Both the position numbers and the translations under genes were made by a program. This document shows, piece after piece, positions 48,939 through 61,800 of a stretch of 64,000 nucleotides of DNA. The DNA comes from Chiloscyllium plagiosum. Lineage: Eukaryota. The stretch covers positions 35,074,233 through 35,138,232 of the forward strand of contig NC_057738.1 of the NCBI RefSeq assembly GCF_004010195.1. Reading direction: 5' to 3'. Each line of letters starts with the position of its first letter. Positions within the stretch are counted from its first letter, which is position 1. A model generated the notes under the pieces. The model was not told the origin of the DNA, did not search any database, and saw only the letters and a program-made list of their open reading frames with translations.

Positions 48939-49307
48939 CTGAGATCATGGCGGAAGTGAAAATTCTCAACTCCCACTTTCCTGCCTTTTCCCCCATAATC
49001 CTCTATTCCCTTATGGATTAAAAATCTGCCCATCTCCGTTTTGAACACTGCCCAGAAACACACACGACAACAACTTGTATTTACGTAGCACCTTTAGCTT
49101 TGTCAAGATTTCACTGGAATGTTATGAAGCGAACTAAAGTCGATAACAGCAACCCCTATTTGTATGACCCCTGCGACACTTCGCAGGAGCATTGTAAATC
49201 AGATCATGTCACCAAGCCACACATTATGTAAGGTGCCCACCTGCTTGATCCGAGAACTGGGTTTTAAGGGGTGTCTTAAAGGAGGAAAGCAAGGTGAGGA
49301 GGTTGTT

Positions 49308-49535
49308 GTGTTGCCATAGTCTTACCAAACCATAGGAACTGCTCTCTCATTAGAGAGAAGCGACTGAGGGTGATTTAACCAGAGGGCCACCAGACCTCAC
49401 ATGGGGAGAAGAGGTTGAGAAGGAGACTCCTTCATGGTAACCTCAAACTAGTGATGGGAATTGAGCCCACGCTGTTGGCATCACACTGCTCTGCAAACCG
49501 ACAATCCACCCAATGGAGCTAAACTGATTCCCAAG
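49308..49535 (-). mobile_element. tRNA-derived SINE family Z nested in an L2-type 3' end (about 49067-49650)
   Basis: Reverse complement of 50813-51030. Confidence 0.75.
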
Positions 49536-49796
49536 TTGGGGAGGTATAGGGAGGGGATTTCACAGCCTCCGAGCCCAATTGTGGTCAGGGATGCTCCAGA
49601 GCTCAGAGTTTAGAGGAGCTCTGATATCTCAGAGGCTTGGTAGGGTGGCAGATATTGATGGTGAGGGGTGACTTGCTGCGATAAGGAATGGTGAATGACA
49701 GGATATGGAAGGGTGAGGCCTTGGACAGATTCGACAACGTGGAGAAGATCCTCTGTGCATTCCATGGGCAGGGCATTTCATTGTTGCTTCATTACT

Positions 49797-50040
49797 GGTT
49801 GCTGTGGGTCTGGAGTCACACGTAGGCCATACCAGGTTAGAATGACAGATTTCCTTCACTAAAAGACATTAATGTGCTGATGTCCCAACAGTCAAAGGGA
49901 TTTATTACTAATCGCTCACTAATGTCCTTTAGTGAAGGAAATCTGCCATTCTCACCTGGTCTGGCCTACATGCGACTCCAGACCCACAGCAATGTGGTTG
50001 ACTCAGGCCTGGCCAGTGATAGCAACATTCCATGAAAGAG
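49797..50040. repeat. Inverted duplication of a SINE X segment
   Basis: Arms of about 74 bp at 49797-49871 and 49920-49993. Confidence 0.8.
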
Positions 50041-50812
50041 TAAAACAGAATGGTTTGATTGTCTGTAAACTGCTTCAGGGTATTCTGACATTGTGAAAGG
50101 TGCCGTATAAATGCAAGGCTTTCTTTTCTGGTTTAGCAAATTGGAACACCCTGTCTGCAGTTTAACGTCTGTGCAAATGAATGGGACATGGATTTTTCAA
50201 GTTTTGCAGGCATGTAGAGTGAATAGTAGTGAACCTTGTGGCCTGTGTACTCTGATCATTGGGAAACTCTGCACTGGGGCTTGCAGATTTAGTTGTTATG
50301 TAGATGCAGGTCCAGGTACATTTAAGAGTTTAATCGGATTGTGTCTGGGAACTTTGTGGATTGGAATGTGCTGCTGGTTACTGTGTCTTGTAAAATCCCC
50401 AGTGTTTTAAGAAAACTTTACATTTGCAACTTGAGTCTGGAGAGTGTCTGTGTACGTGTTAGACAATTTAAGTAATACGTTAAAAGATGCACACACTTGC
50501 ATTTGTGCACTTACGCCCCAGACATCTCACTTTCTTATAGATGCCAGTCTTAAACATTTCGAATGTGCATTTGTGATTTGCAACTCAAAGTGTGGAGCAA
50601 TCTGCCCAATGCTATAGCAACAATGAAAAGTCTATTGACTGGGCTCTAATCTACTGAAATCACCAGACTTTGTGGCTACAACAAGAAGTTGTCTTTACAT
50701 AGCATCTTCAATGTGATAAACTGTTCCAGGGCACTTCAGTAGTTTGTTCCAAAGCACAGTTGGATACATTTTCACAAAGGGTGATATTTGAGCAAGGCTT
50801 GTTGAGAGAAAA

Positions 50813-51030
50813 GCTGGGTTAGCTCATTTGGCTGGCTGGCTGCTTTGTGATGCAAAGTGACGCCAACAGCGTGGGTTCAATTCCCGCCCTGGCTGAGGTT
50901 ACCATGAAGGACTCTCCTTCTCAACCTCTTCCCCTCGCCTGAGGCACGGTGACCCTCAGGTTAAACCACTGTCAGTTCTGTTTCTCTACTGAGAGAGTAG
51001 CCCTGTGCTCCTCTGGGACTACAGTGGCTA
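50813..51030 (+). mobile_element. tRNA-derived SINE family Z
   Basis: A-box-like tagctcatttgg, B-box ggttcaattcc, body gaggttaccatgaaggactctccttctcaacctc, three copies in the window. Confidence 0.75.
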
Positions 51031-51237
51031 TATTGCAAAATAAGTCTTCCCCACCAATGCCTGACACCCTCATGTTACAGCAAGTAAATCACATCCTGGT
51101 GTGTGTTCCTTGCTTTTGTTCTTTCCCTTTCCGTGCTTCTCTTTTCTGTTAACCTTTCAACAGTCTCCTTCCTGTCTTCCGTCTGTTGTTTGAGGGTGGG
51201 GCAGTAATGGATGGAAGAGATAAGAAGTATTTAAGTA

Positions 51238-51440
51238 AAAGCAAAGTACTGGGGATCTGAAATAAAAACACAGTGCTTGGGAAACCCCACGACTCTGGTA
51301 ATATGCTGGTGTAAAGGTTTCGAGTCAATACGGCTCTTCAGAAACGAAGAAGAATCATTGTGGACTCTATGCTAATTCTGTTGCCGTTACGGTTGCTGCC
51401 AGACCCCACTGAGTTTCTCTAGCACCTTCCGTTTTCGGAA
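51238..51440. mobile_element. Old family C fold-back element
   Basis: gtttcgagtc..gctcttcag / gaagaagaatc..gactc centre with decayed arms. Confidence 0.5.
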
Positions 51441-51974
51441 TAGCTCGGACGAACCTCTGGGATCTGACGAACTAGAGTCAGATATTTGACGCTGGGACGT
51501 GGAGCACCATCACCCTTGGAACAGGGTGCAAAACCGTTCTGAGATGCAAGTTGAATAAACAAGGGAAATGTGATAGACCAGGCGTGACAGCAATGCATGA
51601 GGTGGCAGAACTACAACAGGAAGCACGTGTGATGGGCAATAGTTTTGATATAATAAAAAATGCCCCACTTTACTCATCCATAAAACACCAGCGGATGATA
51701 GTTTTTTGAAAAATGTATTCAAAAAAAAAGGAGAAAAGCGAGATTACAGTTTTAAAAATTTGAATTATTATTGTCACGTGTACCTAGCTACAATAAAAAA
51801 ATATTGTTTTGCCTGAGCTACAGGCAGATCATACCATCCAAAGGTCAAAGGGTGATAGAATCCAGAGAGGAATACAACGTTACGGCTGCAAAGAAGATGT
51901 ATTTAATCTTGAGGTGCACTTTAAACTATTTTTATTGTATTTGACCTTCAGCATGTACCTACTTTGATTGTGAT

Positions 51975-52385
51975 CATAAAGGGATAGATGAGGTTAAACA
52001 CTTTCGAAGCAGAATAATGGTATTTATACTGAGGGGAGATTTGATCGGCGTGGACAACATCCAAACAGGTTGCGATGAGGCAGACAAAGAGAAGCAATTC
52101 CCACTTGTTGAAGATAACGAGATGAGAGGGGTTGCTGATTTTAAGATTTTGGGGAAAGGATGTGTAGGGTTAGGAGGATGAGCTGTTTTACACAGCATGT
52201 GGTAATTCCCTGTGATCTGGAGGGTGGAGGACGCAGAGATAATTGACAATTTCAGAATGAAATTGGGTGGGCGCTTGAGGGAAATGCGTTTGCAGGGTTG
52301 GGGAGATGGAGAGGGCGAATGGAGCTGATTGTGTTGCTCCATAGAACTGGATGTTGATGGGCCAAATGGCCTCCTGTGCCATTCT
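51975..52385 (+). mobile_element. Degenerate HER1/CR1 3' fragment
   Basis: LRGDLI; UTR gatgggccaaatggcctcctgtg. Confidence 0.7.
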
Positions 52386-52592
52386 GACTTGTCATATGAC
52401 ACCAACTCGTAATTGTTGATATTATTTAGTCTCCAGTTTAAATCTTTAGTGCTGTTATTTTGTTCTCTTCTCTTTTCTGTGTTACACTCCAGCAGGAAAA
52501 TGACCTCCTTAGTAAATGACACGTGATGTTTCACTTCACAGGACCTTCCTGTGCTTTTACTGAGTGAAAGACTTTTATTTACGTCAGGTTAC

Positions 52593-52903
52593 ATGGAATC
52601 CCTACAGTGCCGAAACAGGCCACTGAGTACACACTGACCCTCCAAACAGCATCCTACCCAGTCTCAACCCCATCCCTCGAGCCCTGCATTTCCCGTGCCT
52701 AATCCACTTAGCCTGCATATGCCTTGACACCACGGGGCAATTTCCCATGGCCAATCCTCCGAATGTGCACATCTTTGGACTGTGGGAGGAAACCCACACA
52801 TACACAGGGAGAATGTGCAAACCCCACGCAGCCAGTCGTCCAAGGCTGGAATCGAATCCTGGTCCTGGCACTGCGAGGCAGCAGTGCTGACCACTGAGCC
52901 ACT
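52593..52903 (-). mobile_element. HE1 SINE
   Basis: Reverse HE1. Confidence 0.9.
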
Positions 52904-53361
52904 GTTCTACCACCAAGAAGGAGGCCATTCAGCCCAACCAGTCCATGCTGATTTTTCTACTCCTTATTTTCCTCTGGGAGTAATGAAAGTGGAATATATT
53001 TAACAGCAGAGGGCTGCGGAGGCCGGGTCATTAAGTATGTTCAAAGCTGAGAGAGACAGACTTTTAAGCAGTCAGGGAATAATAGGTGATGGGGGAAAGG
53101 CAGGAACCTGGAGTGAGGATTGTCATTTCAGCCACGATCCCATTAAGTGGTGGAGCAGACTCTCTGGCCTAGTCCTGCTCCTACATCTCCTGGTCTTATC
53201 TCAATGTACCATCACGACTGTCTGTTTGCTTCTCCCTTAATTGCCCACCCAGCTTCTCCTTAAATGCCTCGAAACTACTCATTGCAGCCATTCCCTGCTG
53301 ATGTGTTTCTGAAACTTTCTTTTTGTTAAAGACCTTTCTTCTTGATTCCCAATTGAATTTC

Positions 53362-53598
53362 GTAGAATCCTGGATCCCTGCATTGTGGGAGCAGGCCATT
53401 TGACCCAGCTGGTCTTCACTGACTCTTGGAAAAGCATCCCCACACCCGCCCGCCAACCTCGGACCCACCCCTTCCTTATCCCTGTAACCCTGTATTCCCC
53501 ATGGCCAGTCCACCCTAACCTGCACATCTTTGGACTGTGGGAGGAAACCAGAGTGCCCGGAGGAAACCCACGCAGACACAGGGAGAATGTGCAAACTG
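53362..53598 (-). mobile_element. HE1 SINE, 5'-truncated
   Basis: Reverse central domain and tail. Confidence 0.85.
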
Positions 53599-53757
53599 CT
53601 TGGTGACTGTCTTAGATTTGGTGGTGTTCGGTTTTCCTCCATCTTGTCAGAACATATTAGCTCATTGTTTCTGCACTGCCTTTTAAAAATCAAGAGATGT
53701 AGCCTGCCAAGCCTGAACTAATCTGTGCATATTTTAGACCTGTTCTTCCTGAGGTGT

Positions 53758-54370
53758 GAACATAGAACAGTGCAGGCCCTTTGGCCCTCGATGTTGTGCC
53801 GGCCTTTTATCTTACTCTAAGATCAAACTAACTACATACTCTTCATTTTACTAGCATCCTTGTACTATCTAAGAGTCACTTAAATGTCCCCAATGTATCT
53901 GACTCTCCTACCGCTGCTGGCAGTGAATCCCATGCACCCGCCACTCCCTGTCTAAAGAACTGACCTCTGACTTCTCCCCGAAACCTACCTCCAATCACCT
54001 TAAAATTTAAGCCCCCCTCGTGATAGCCATTTCCACACTGGGAAAAAATCTCTGACTATTCACTCTATTTATGCCTCTCATGATGTGGAGGAACTGGTGT
54101 TGGATGGGGTGGGCAAAGATAAAAATCACAGAACACCAGGTAATAGTCCAACCGCCAATAGATGTCAACCACCCGATGAAGGAGCAGCGCTCCGAAAGCT
54201 AGTGCTTCCAAATAAAACAGTTGGACTATAACCTGGTGTTGTGTGATTTTTAACTTTATGCCTCTCGTTATCTTGTACACCTCTGTCAAGTCGCCTCTCA
54301 CCCTTCTTCACTCCAACGGGAAAAGCCTTAGTTCCCTCAGCCTTTCTTCCTAAGCCATGCCGTCCAGTCC
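53758..54370 (-). mobile_element. HER1/CR1 3' fragment interrupted by a family B element
   Basis: RGDLTEVYKITRGI continues across the insertion. Confidence 0.87.
54080..54254. mobile_element. Family B fold-back element
   Basis: Perfect 12-bp TSD tttatgcctctc at 54068-54079 and 54255-54266; core CCGATGA-aGGAGC-agc-GCTCC-GAAAGCTA near 54173-54201. Confidence 0.88.
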
Positions 54371-55427
54371 AGTGAATTCAGAAAGCCAATGCGGACTGGG
54401 GTAGGAGGTTAAAATAGTCTAGGTGGGGCCGTTCCAAAGGTGCTTTCTTGAAAATCAAAAGATAAACTGATTCAGACAGAATTCTGTTTACTGTTTGGAC
54501 TTGATCTGGGTTTTGTTTTTGGGGAGGGGGGGTGGAGTCTGTGTAGTACTAATGTCAAGATGTTAGCTGCTGCTGATAATGGGCAGCAGACACAGCCTTG
54601 CTAACCTCACTCACCTAAAGGGCTGGGAGAGGCTCCGAGAATTCCCGCAAAACTAATCATGTCCATCTGAAGCAAGACGGTTAGGTGGAGGGGGTGAGCA
54701 TCTAATCAGGGATTCAGCAAGATCAGCAGCAGACCACGCTGCATTTATCCAGCCTTTTCCTGTAACATCACTTGCCTATCAAAACACCAAGCATTAATAT
54801 GTGAAGGCTGCACTCCCATTTTAATCACATGAAGGGTAACTCTTCAAACAAGGTGAGCTATCTGCTCTGTGGAGTATTACTTCAGCAGTCTGTACGTCTG
54901 TCATCTCACTGTGATGTGATCTGTTCTATTTTCTTTTGTAAAGACTTGTTAATGGGCACATGTCTGGTAATTGTGTTGAAGATAAGAGATTCGAGCATTC
55001 ATAGACAATTGGTTTAAGAGTTATCTTATCAGGCACCTCCTTTTGAAAAGCATTTATGCTGTGCTTTTTTTTAAAAAATACATGTGCTCTGAAAGCATCC
55101 TTTCTGTCAGAGCTGCACGCACACAAAAGAATTCAACTTTCTGAGTGAATTCACAGCAGGAAGTTTGGACCTGTTTTAACAAGCAGGAAAACACTGACAA
55201 AGCCAGTGTCAAGACAGGCACATTCTCATCACCAGTCTGCACCAAACACAGCTCTCTCAGCACTGGAGTTGAAAGGGTGGGGCCACACTTAGAAAGAGAC
55301 TGTTTTCAAGTTTGTGATTGTGCGACATGGACCACTTTTAATATTTTTGGACCTGCCGTTTTCTTCCTCCTGTTCACAATCCCGTGCATTGTGAATTCAA
55401 CCTGGAATCCTTTGTGGGCAATTCCAG

Positions 55428-55724
55428 ATCGTTACCGAATGACTGTCCCTCCCGTTAAGGCAACTTTTCTCTGTCGATGTTTAATGCTCAAGACTTGGTC
55501 ACAGGGGGAGACTCCCAGGAGGAACGCTGTCTTCAAAGCAAGGCTGAAGATTCTGGCTGACCCATGGAGGTCCCAGGCTGGGACTGACCAAAGTGGTGAG
55601 GATTCCTCAAGCAAAGTGTTGAATAAATGCACCGAGAGGTTTGGTCAGAAAAGTGCAGAGGTGGATGAGTATTTGGAGTTAGTACGCAAGCTTTTAAAAT
55701 CTCATCTACCAAAACCCTTGACTT
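55428..55724 (+). CDS. Candidate coding exon within the longest repeat-free ORF (55145-55843); product unknown
   Basis: ttccag acceptor (weak tract) and T|gtatgt donor give 297 nt, phase 1-1; helical-looking VDEYLELVRKLLKSHLP; in frame with 62280. Confidence 0.35.
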
Positions 55725-56114
55725 GTATGTGGTGGAGAGTGCAGACCACATCTTGGACATACCCACCATCTCGAAACCCATCACGCTGCTGTGGAAACAA
55801 ATTCTCCTCCATCCTGAAGGATTGTCTAAGGAGAAGAGTATAAGCTTATCTCTCGTGACTGAGATAGTCATGCGACAGTAAGACAGGAACTTGTTTCCTC
55901 AAGCAAGGTCTTGGATATTTAAAAAAAAATTATTAAGAAGTATTTCAAGTGGTTATTTGCCGGAGGTGCATTCCTGTTGCACTTCACTGTTTGTTTAATC
56001 AGGGAATCTGGAACGGTGGGATCATTGAGTCCAGCAGAATTCCAGCTCTCTCCGGTCCCCTGAAAGATTCCTCATCATGCACGGTGGTCAGCATTTTCAG
56101 GAGAACAACCTGTA

Positions 56115-57383
56115 ACTGATGGAGTACCACAGGGATCAGTGCTGGGGACCGAATTATTCACAATATATATGAATGACCTGGATGAGGAAAGTGAATGTTT
56201 TATAGCTCAAGGTTTGTGAATGACATGGAAATAGGTGAGATGGCAAGTGGTGGTGAATCTGCAGAGAAATAGAAACAAGTTATGTTAGTGAGCAAAGGTT
56301 TGGCAGATGAAAAGTGTAAGAAGCTTTGATTTATTGTTGTCACATGTACCTAAGTACAGTGAAAATTTTTGTTGTGTGAGCAGTACAGGCAGATCATACC
56401 ATATAAGGACAGAGGGTGCTTAGACAAAATTATGTGCTTTGGCAAGAAGAATGGAGGAGCTGAGTACTGTCTAAATGGAGAGATACTTCAGAAGGTTTTG
56501 GGGGAACAGAGGGATTTGGGGGTTCTTGTATCTAAGTCACCAAAGGCTGGTGGCCCAGTTTAGCGGGTAACAGGTTGGGGAATGGCTTTTGTTTCAAAGG
56601 GAGTGCAGTCTAAACACAGGGAGGAATTGCTGAGACTATACAAGGAACTAGTCAGATCACAGCTGAAATAATGTGAACAGTTTTGATCCCCTTATGTAAG
56701 GAAAGATAGGCTAGCATTGGAGACAATCCAGAGGAGATTTGCTCAGCTGATTCCAGGGATGGAAGGCTTTTCTATCTGAGGAGAGATTGAGTAAGATCAG
56801 CCTGCACTCATGGAGGTTCGGTAAACTGAGAGGCGACTGCACTGAAACTTAAGATTCTTAAAGGGCTTGACATGGGGTTAGATGCTGACAGGCTGTTTCT
56901 CCCTTGTGAGAGAGTCAAGGTCCAGAGGCTATCATCTGAGTAAGGAATTGCCCATTTAAAATGAGACTGTCTCTCAGTGTTTAGTCAATCTGTGGAATTC
57001 TTTACCATAAAGGTCGGGTCATTATGTACATTCAAAGCTTGAGATAAACAGATTTGCCGGGATAAAGCAGGAAAACGAGGTTGAAGACTTACAGATCAGC
57101 ACCATCTCATTGAATAGCAGAGTAGACTCGATGGACAGAATGGCCTGCTTTTTGCTCTTTTGTGTCATGTTCTTGTACATTTTTGGTCAGTAGTAGAGAA
57201 GGAGACAGATGCTGGAAGTCAGAGTCAATCGACTGATAGATAGGTTCCTGAGTGTCAAGGGGATGAAGGGTTATGGGGAGAAAGCTGGAGAATGGGGTTG
57301 AGAAAATTATCAGCCATGATTGAATGGCAGAGCAGAGTCGGATGGGCTGAATGGCCTAATTTTGGCTCCTATGTTTTATGGTC
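56115..57383 (+). mobile_element. HER1/CR1 RT-to-3' fragment with nested pieces
   Basis: GVPQGSVLGP.LF.IY.NDL motif at about 56141-56180; QRDLGVLV; LETIQRRF; 3' UTRs near 57100 and 57310; nested reverse LINE tail at 56325-56425 (also 51760-51900). Confidence 0.88.
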
Positions 57384-58092
57384 TAATAGATGTGAAGCTG
57401 CAAGAGCCCAGCAGGTCAGACAGCGTCCAAGGAGCAGGCACGTCAACGTTTTGGGCTGAAACCTTTTGTCCTGACAGTGAGGTTTAACAGGATGAGCTTC
57501 AGCCATCAATCTTTTAATGTTTGTTATTCTCATCAGAGTGAGTGTGCCATCCCCTCCGACCCCTTGTATAGTAAAGGAACATTGTACCTTGGTGGCTTTT
57601 TAACAGGGTTCTGATTTATACCCACTGGAAATAACCAATTACACAAGAGGTAGGACTGAGTCCTGTTAGAGACAGCTGATGAGATTCTCAGAAGTGACTC
57701 CAAGATGTGTCGGAAACACTCGACCCAGAATCTTTTCTTGAGTTGAATTGGCTGCATAATTTGTCAGCTTGTCTGTTTTTTTTAACTGGCTGTAGACTGT
57801 AGATCTGTTTCTTTTTGTTTTTGATGAGGCTGTAATTAGCTTCAGTGAGTGTGATGCTGTGAGCTAGTGTGGTAACTAGCAAAGTGCTGATAATATTGGT
57901 TTTTAACCACGTGGACTGTGCTGTGAGCGACCAGACCGATTTCGCACCCTACAGAATGTGACAGAATGATCTCCAGTGCAGCCAGACCAGGAAGGTGAGG
58001 GGATCCATGCTGAGGGCCTGTTAGGAAAGTACAGGTAGAAGGCCTGATGAATGGCCATCGACTAGAAACATGAACTCTTGTGTTTTTTATTA

Positions 58093-58480
58093 TTGTTCCA
58101 CGGGATGAGGGCATCGCTGCTTGGCCAGCATTTTTTGCCCGTCCCTAAAACTGCTCTGTGGGTAATAACCATCAGTCACATTGTTGTGGTTATTGGAGTC
58201 ACACGTAGGCCAGACCAGGTAAGGTCAGCAGATCCCTCAAGGACCTGAGTGAACCAGATTGGTTTTTCTGACACTTGGTCATCAGTAGACTCTTAACTCC
58301 AGATTTTTATCTGTTGTGCCAGAATTTGAACCCAGGTCTCCAGGACATTACCTGGCTCTCTGATGTTCCTGCTCCTTGGATATTGCCTGACCTGCTGTGT
58401 TTTTCCAGCACCACACTAATCTAGACTCTAGTCTCTGGTTTAATAGTCTAACGATAATACCACTGGGCCATCACCTCTCC
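58093..58480 (-). mobile_element. SINE family X with nested family A fragment (about 58363-58430)
   Basis: Tail, core and reverse head aatagtcta.cgataataccactgggcca all present. Confidence 0.75.
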
Positions 58481-59324
58481 CTCTACAGATGCTGCCAGAC
58501 CAGCTGAGTGTTTCCAGCATTTTCTGTATTTATTTGTCGGAAGGATGTGTCTTTTTAAATTGAGAATAATGTCAGCTGTGTTTGATTTTATTCTGCTTTC
58601 TGTCTTCCCACCTCCTTACAGGATAGAGAAATGATTGTGACTTATTCCCTGTCTTGACATTGATAAATCCACCAGCAAAGGTTTTGTGCTCCAGTGACCT
58701 CCAATAATTCAATAAATTCAATTCAGGGCCCCTTTCCATGGAATACTAAGGTGCCTTAAGTGGTACTATATAGTCCATCATCGTAAGCCTTGGTGAAGTG
58801 GATATCAGTGTAACTCTTGAGGGAGTGCTACACTGTCAGGGAGCCATCTTCCAACACCCCACCTAGCTGTTGAGGTGAACATTATGACGTCCTGTGGTAG
58901 TAATCCATAACAAGTGGGGGCTTTCTCCAGTGTAATGGCCCCCGATATGCATTGCAAAAAAGCAGCTTATCCACACAGGGAGGTGTGACAGATAGCAGTG
59001 ACATCCCTTTAATAACCAGAACATTGTTGTAAAGCAAGATTACTTTTGTGAATGCGCTAGGTGCTATGTAACTGCAGGTTTGGTGGCTGTCTTCCTAATT
59101 GTTTCTGAAGCCTGGGACTCTTGAAAAATGCTTTTCTTCTATCCCTCACTGGGAGTTGAGTTGGGGCTGCACAGAGCCTGATCCGGACATCGATATTAAT
59201 GGGCTATTTCAGTGTAGTTGGAAATGGCCCACTGTGGAGGTCTTGGCCTAGCCTCAAGTCTGAGCCATTTGTCTCTTGCCAGTGGCTCTGTTACCTAGTG
59301 GCTAGGGTCTGTCACCCATTCTCT

Positions 59325-59585
59325 TGAAATCTCAGACGAGAGGAGGAATTTCTTCTCTGAGGGAGTTGTGAATTTTTGCAATTCCTTGCCGCAGAAACTG
59401 TGGGGGCAGAGTCCTTGTGCATATTGAAGGCTTTGGTGAAGTGGTTCATGATCAATCAGGGAATCAAGGGTTAACAGGAAAGGCAGGAGAGTGGAGATGA
59501 GGGATCTCACTCCAGCTACAATCTTAATAAATGGCGGAGCATAATCGAGGGGCTAAATGGCCTGCCAATGTTCCTATTTCTTATG
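59325..59585 (+). mobile_element. HER1/CR1 3' end
   Basis: RRNFFSEGVVNFCNSLPQK; UTR. Confidence 0.82.
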
Positions 59586-60017
59586 ATTTTTGGATCTAAC
59601 ACCATCCCTCCATCTCAAGCTATTTGTAGTATAGGAGGGTTTCTATCTCTATGGTAACCACCTACGCTGACTCGATGGGGAAAAGGATTAACCCACACTG
59701 AGGACATATATTAATAGATGGGACTTATTTTAATATTCTGTCCTCATCAGAGAAGAATCCAAGTGATCAGGGTAGAGATTCCCATCTTATCCACAGATAC
59801 CGACTATGTTTCATTCCCTCAGCAGCAAAGTCCTTGGATTGAATCGTTTTATTTCTGGTTACTTGGACAATTGTTCAATGGCTATCTGGAAGAATGGGAA
59901 GATGCTGCATTAGAATGGTGGCTCATCCCATTCGAATGATGCTCTGCTTGAGATGTTCAGGATCTGGAGTTTCATTAACAATTAAACTACACATAAATGA
60001 ATGATGGATGTTGATAT

Positions 60018-60242
60018 GGGGGTCAAGAGTGTGGTGTTGGAAAGACACAGCAGGTCAGGCTGCATCCGAAGAGCAGGAGAATCAGCGTTTTGGGCATAAG
60101 CCCTTCTTCTAGAAGCTGATGAAGAGCTTATGCCCGAAACATCAATTCTCCTGCTCCTCGGACGCTGCCTGAACTGCTGTGTCTTTCCAGCACCACACTC
60201 TCGACTCTGATCGCCAGCATCTGTGGTCCTCACTTTCTCCCA
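60018..60242 (+). mobile_element. Family A fold-back element
   Basis: Perfect 15-bp TSD gatggatgttgatat at 60003-60017 and 60243-60257; core CTGATGAagagcttatgcccGAAACATC at 60116-60143. Confidence 0.9.
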
Positions 60243-61012
60243 GATGGATGTTGATATCCTGGTGTAGAGGTAGCGACACTATCAGTGCATCACAAGAGCC
60301 CTCTGTGAGTGATGCATGGAGCCAGTAAAACCAGCTGACCAGAGCACAGTAGTCTGATTGTAATTAGTATTTATAGATCCATTATGACAAAAGGAAGCCA
60401 TTCTGCCCATTAAATCCCTGCTGGCATTTGATTGACCAATAGGTCCCAGTTAACCTCTACCTCCACTTCTCCCTCCAGTCCATTTTTGTTTTGAATCCAG
60501 CTTCCGTTTTGGAATCCTTTGCCATTTCCACCACCTTCACAGATGCTACATTCCAGGTCTTTCCCGCCCCCCCCTCGTCATTTTACAAAATTCTTCTTCA
60601 TAATCTCCCTCCCTGTATCTCTAAGCCACATCCTTGAATCTGTGTTCCCTCTTGTCCTTGTACCGGAAGAGCTTTACTTTGTCTGCCTTATCTGAAGTTG
60701 ACATAATCGTGTACATCTCAAATCTCCCCTCCAACTCCTTTGCTCCAAGATCAACCCCAGTTTCTCCAAGGTAACCTTTTGTTACTAAACTTCCTCCTGC
60801 CGGGAGCCATTCTAGTAAAGCTGACCATAATAGGACTTAGTCACCTAGTTGTGGCCCAACTAGAGCTTTGTTCTGGCTCAGTGTGACTCCTCCCTTGTTG
60901 TGTACGATATCTTTATTCCTGAAGCCCCAGGGACCATTTAATGGCTGCCACCTTCATGAGATAGTAGGAAATAGGAGCAGGCCATTGATACAATGGGATT
61001 GTGGCTAACCTG

Positions 61013-61315
61013 ATTAGATTACTTACAGTGTGGAAACAGGCCCTTCAGCCCAACAAGTCCACACCGAACCTCCGAAGAGCAACCCACCCAGACCCATTCC
61101 CCTACATTTACCCCTTCACCTAACACTACGGGCAATTTAGCCTGGCCAATTCACCTAACCTGCACATCTTTGGACTGTGGGAGGAAACCGGAGCGCCCGG
61201 AGGAAACCCACGCATTCACGGGGAGAATGTGCAAACTCCACACAGATGGTTGCCCGAGGTGGGAATTGAACCCAGGTCTCTGGTGCTGTGAGGCAGCTGT
61301 GCTAACCACTGTGCC
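61013..61315 (-). mobile_element. HE1 SINE
   Basis: Reverse HE1 with attagatta tail, apparently nested in a CR1 3' UTR fragment. Confidence 0.93.
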
Positions 61316-61567
61316 AATTGCAATGCTAATGCCATCTTCATGGCTACCCTCAGTGTCCCATAACCCTCAGCTCCCTTGTAGGTCAAAGATCTCTCCAACT
61401 CAGCCACAGTCAGATTCGGTGACCCAGGCTGTGCCGCTCTCCCTCCATCTGGAAGACAATTCCAAAAAGTAAAGACTCTCCAAGAAAAAATTCCAAGGTC
61501 TGTACATAAGACGTCCCAGGCCCCTCTGTCCCTTTACACTCATTGCCTTGGACAGGGCAATTTTTCC

Positions 61568-61800
61568 TATTCATTTGTGAGATGTGGGCGTCGCTGGCTG
61601 GGCCCAGCATTTATTGCCCGTCCCCAGTTGCCCCAGAAAAGATGGGGGTGAGCTGCCTTCTTGAACCGCTGCAGTCCATGTGCTGTAGGTAGACTCTCAA
61701 TGCCGTTAGGGAGGGCATTCCTGCAGTTTGACACTGAAAGAACAGCGATATACTTCCAAGTCGAGATGGGTGAGTGGCTCGAAGAGGAACTTGCAGAAAG
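61568..61800 (-). mobile_element. LINE Y 3' end
   Basis: gagatgtgggcgtcgctggctgggcccagcatttattgccc..gagctgccttcttgaaccgctgcagtcc. Confidence 0.82.

Noticed and set aside
58590-58660. Strong acceptor ttctgctttctgtcttcccacctccttacag
   Set aside because: All three frames stop within 36 nt (phase 1 immediately); unsupported as a coding exon without RNA data.
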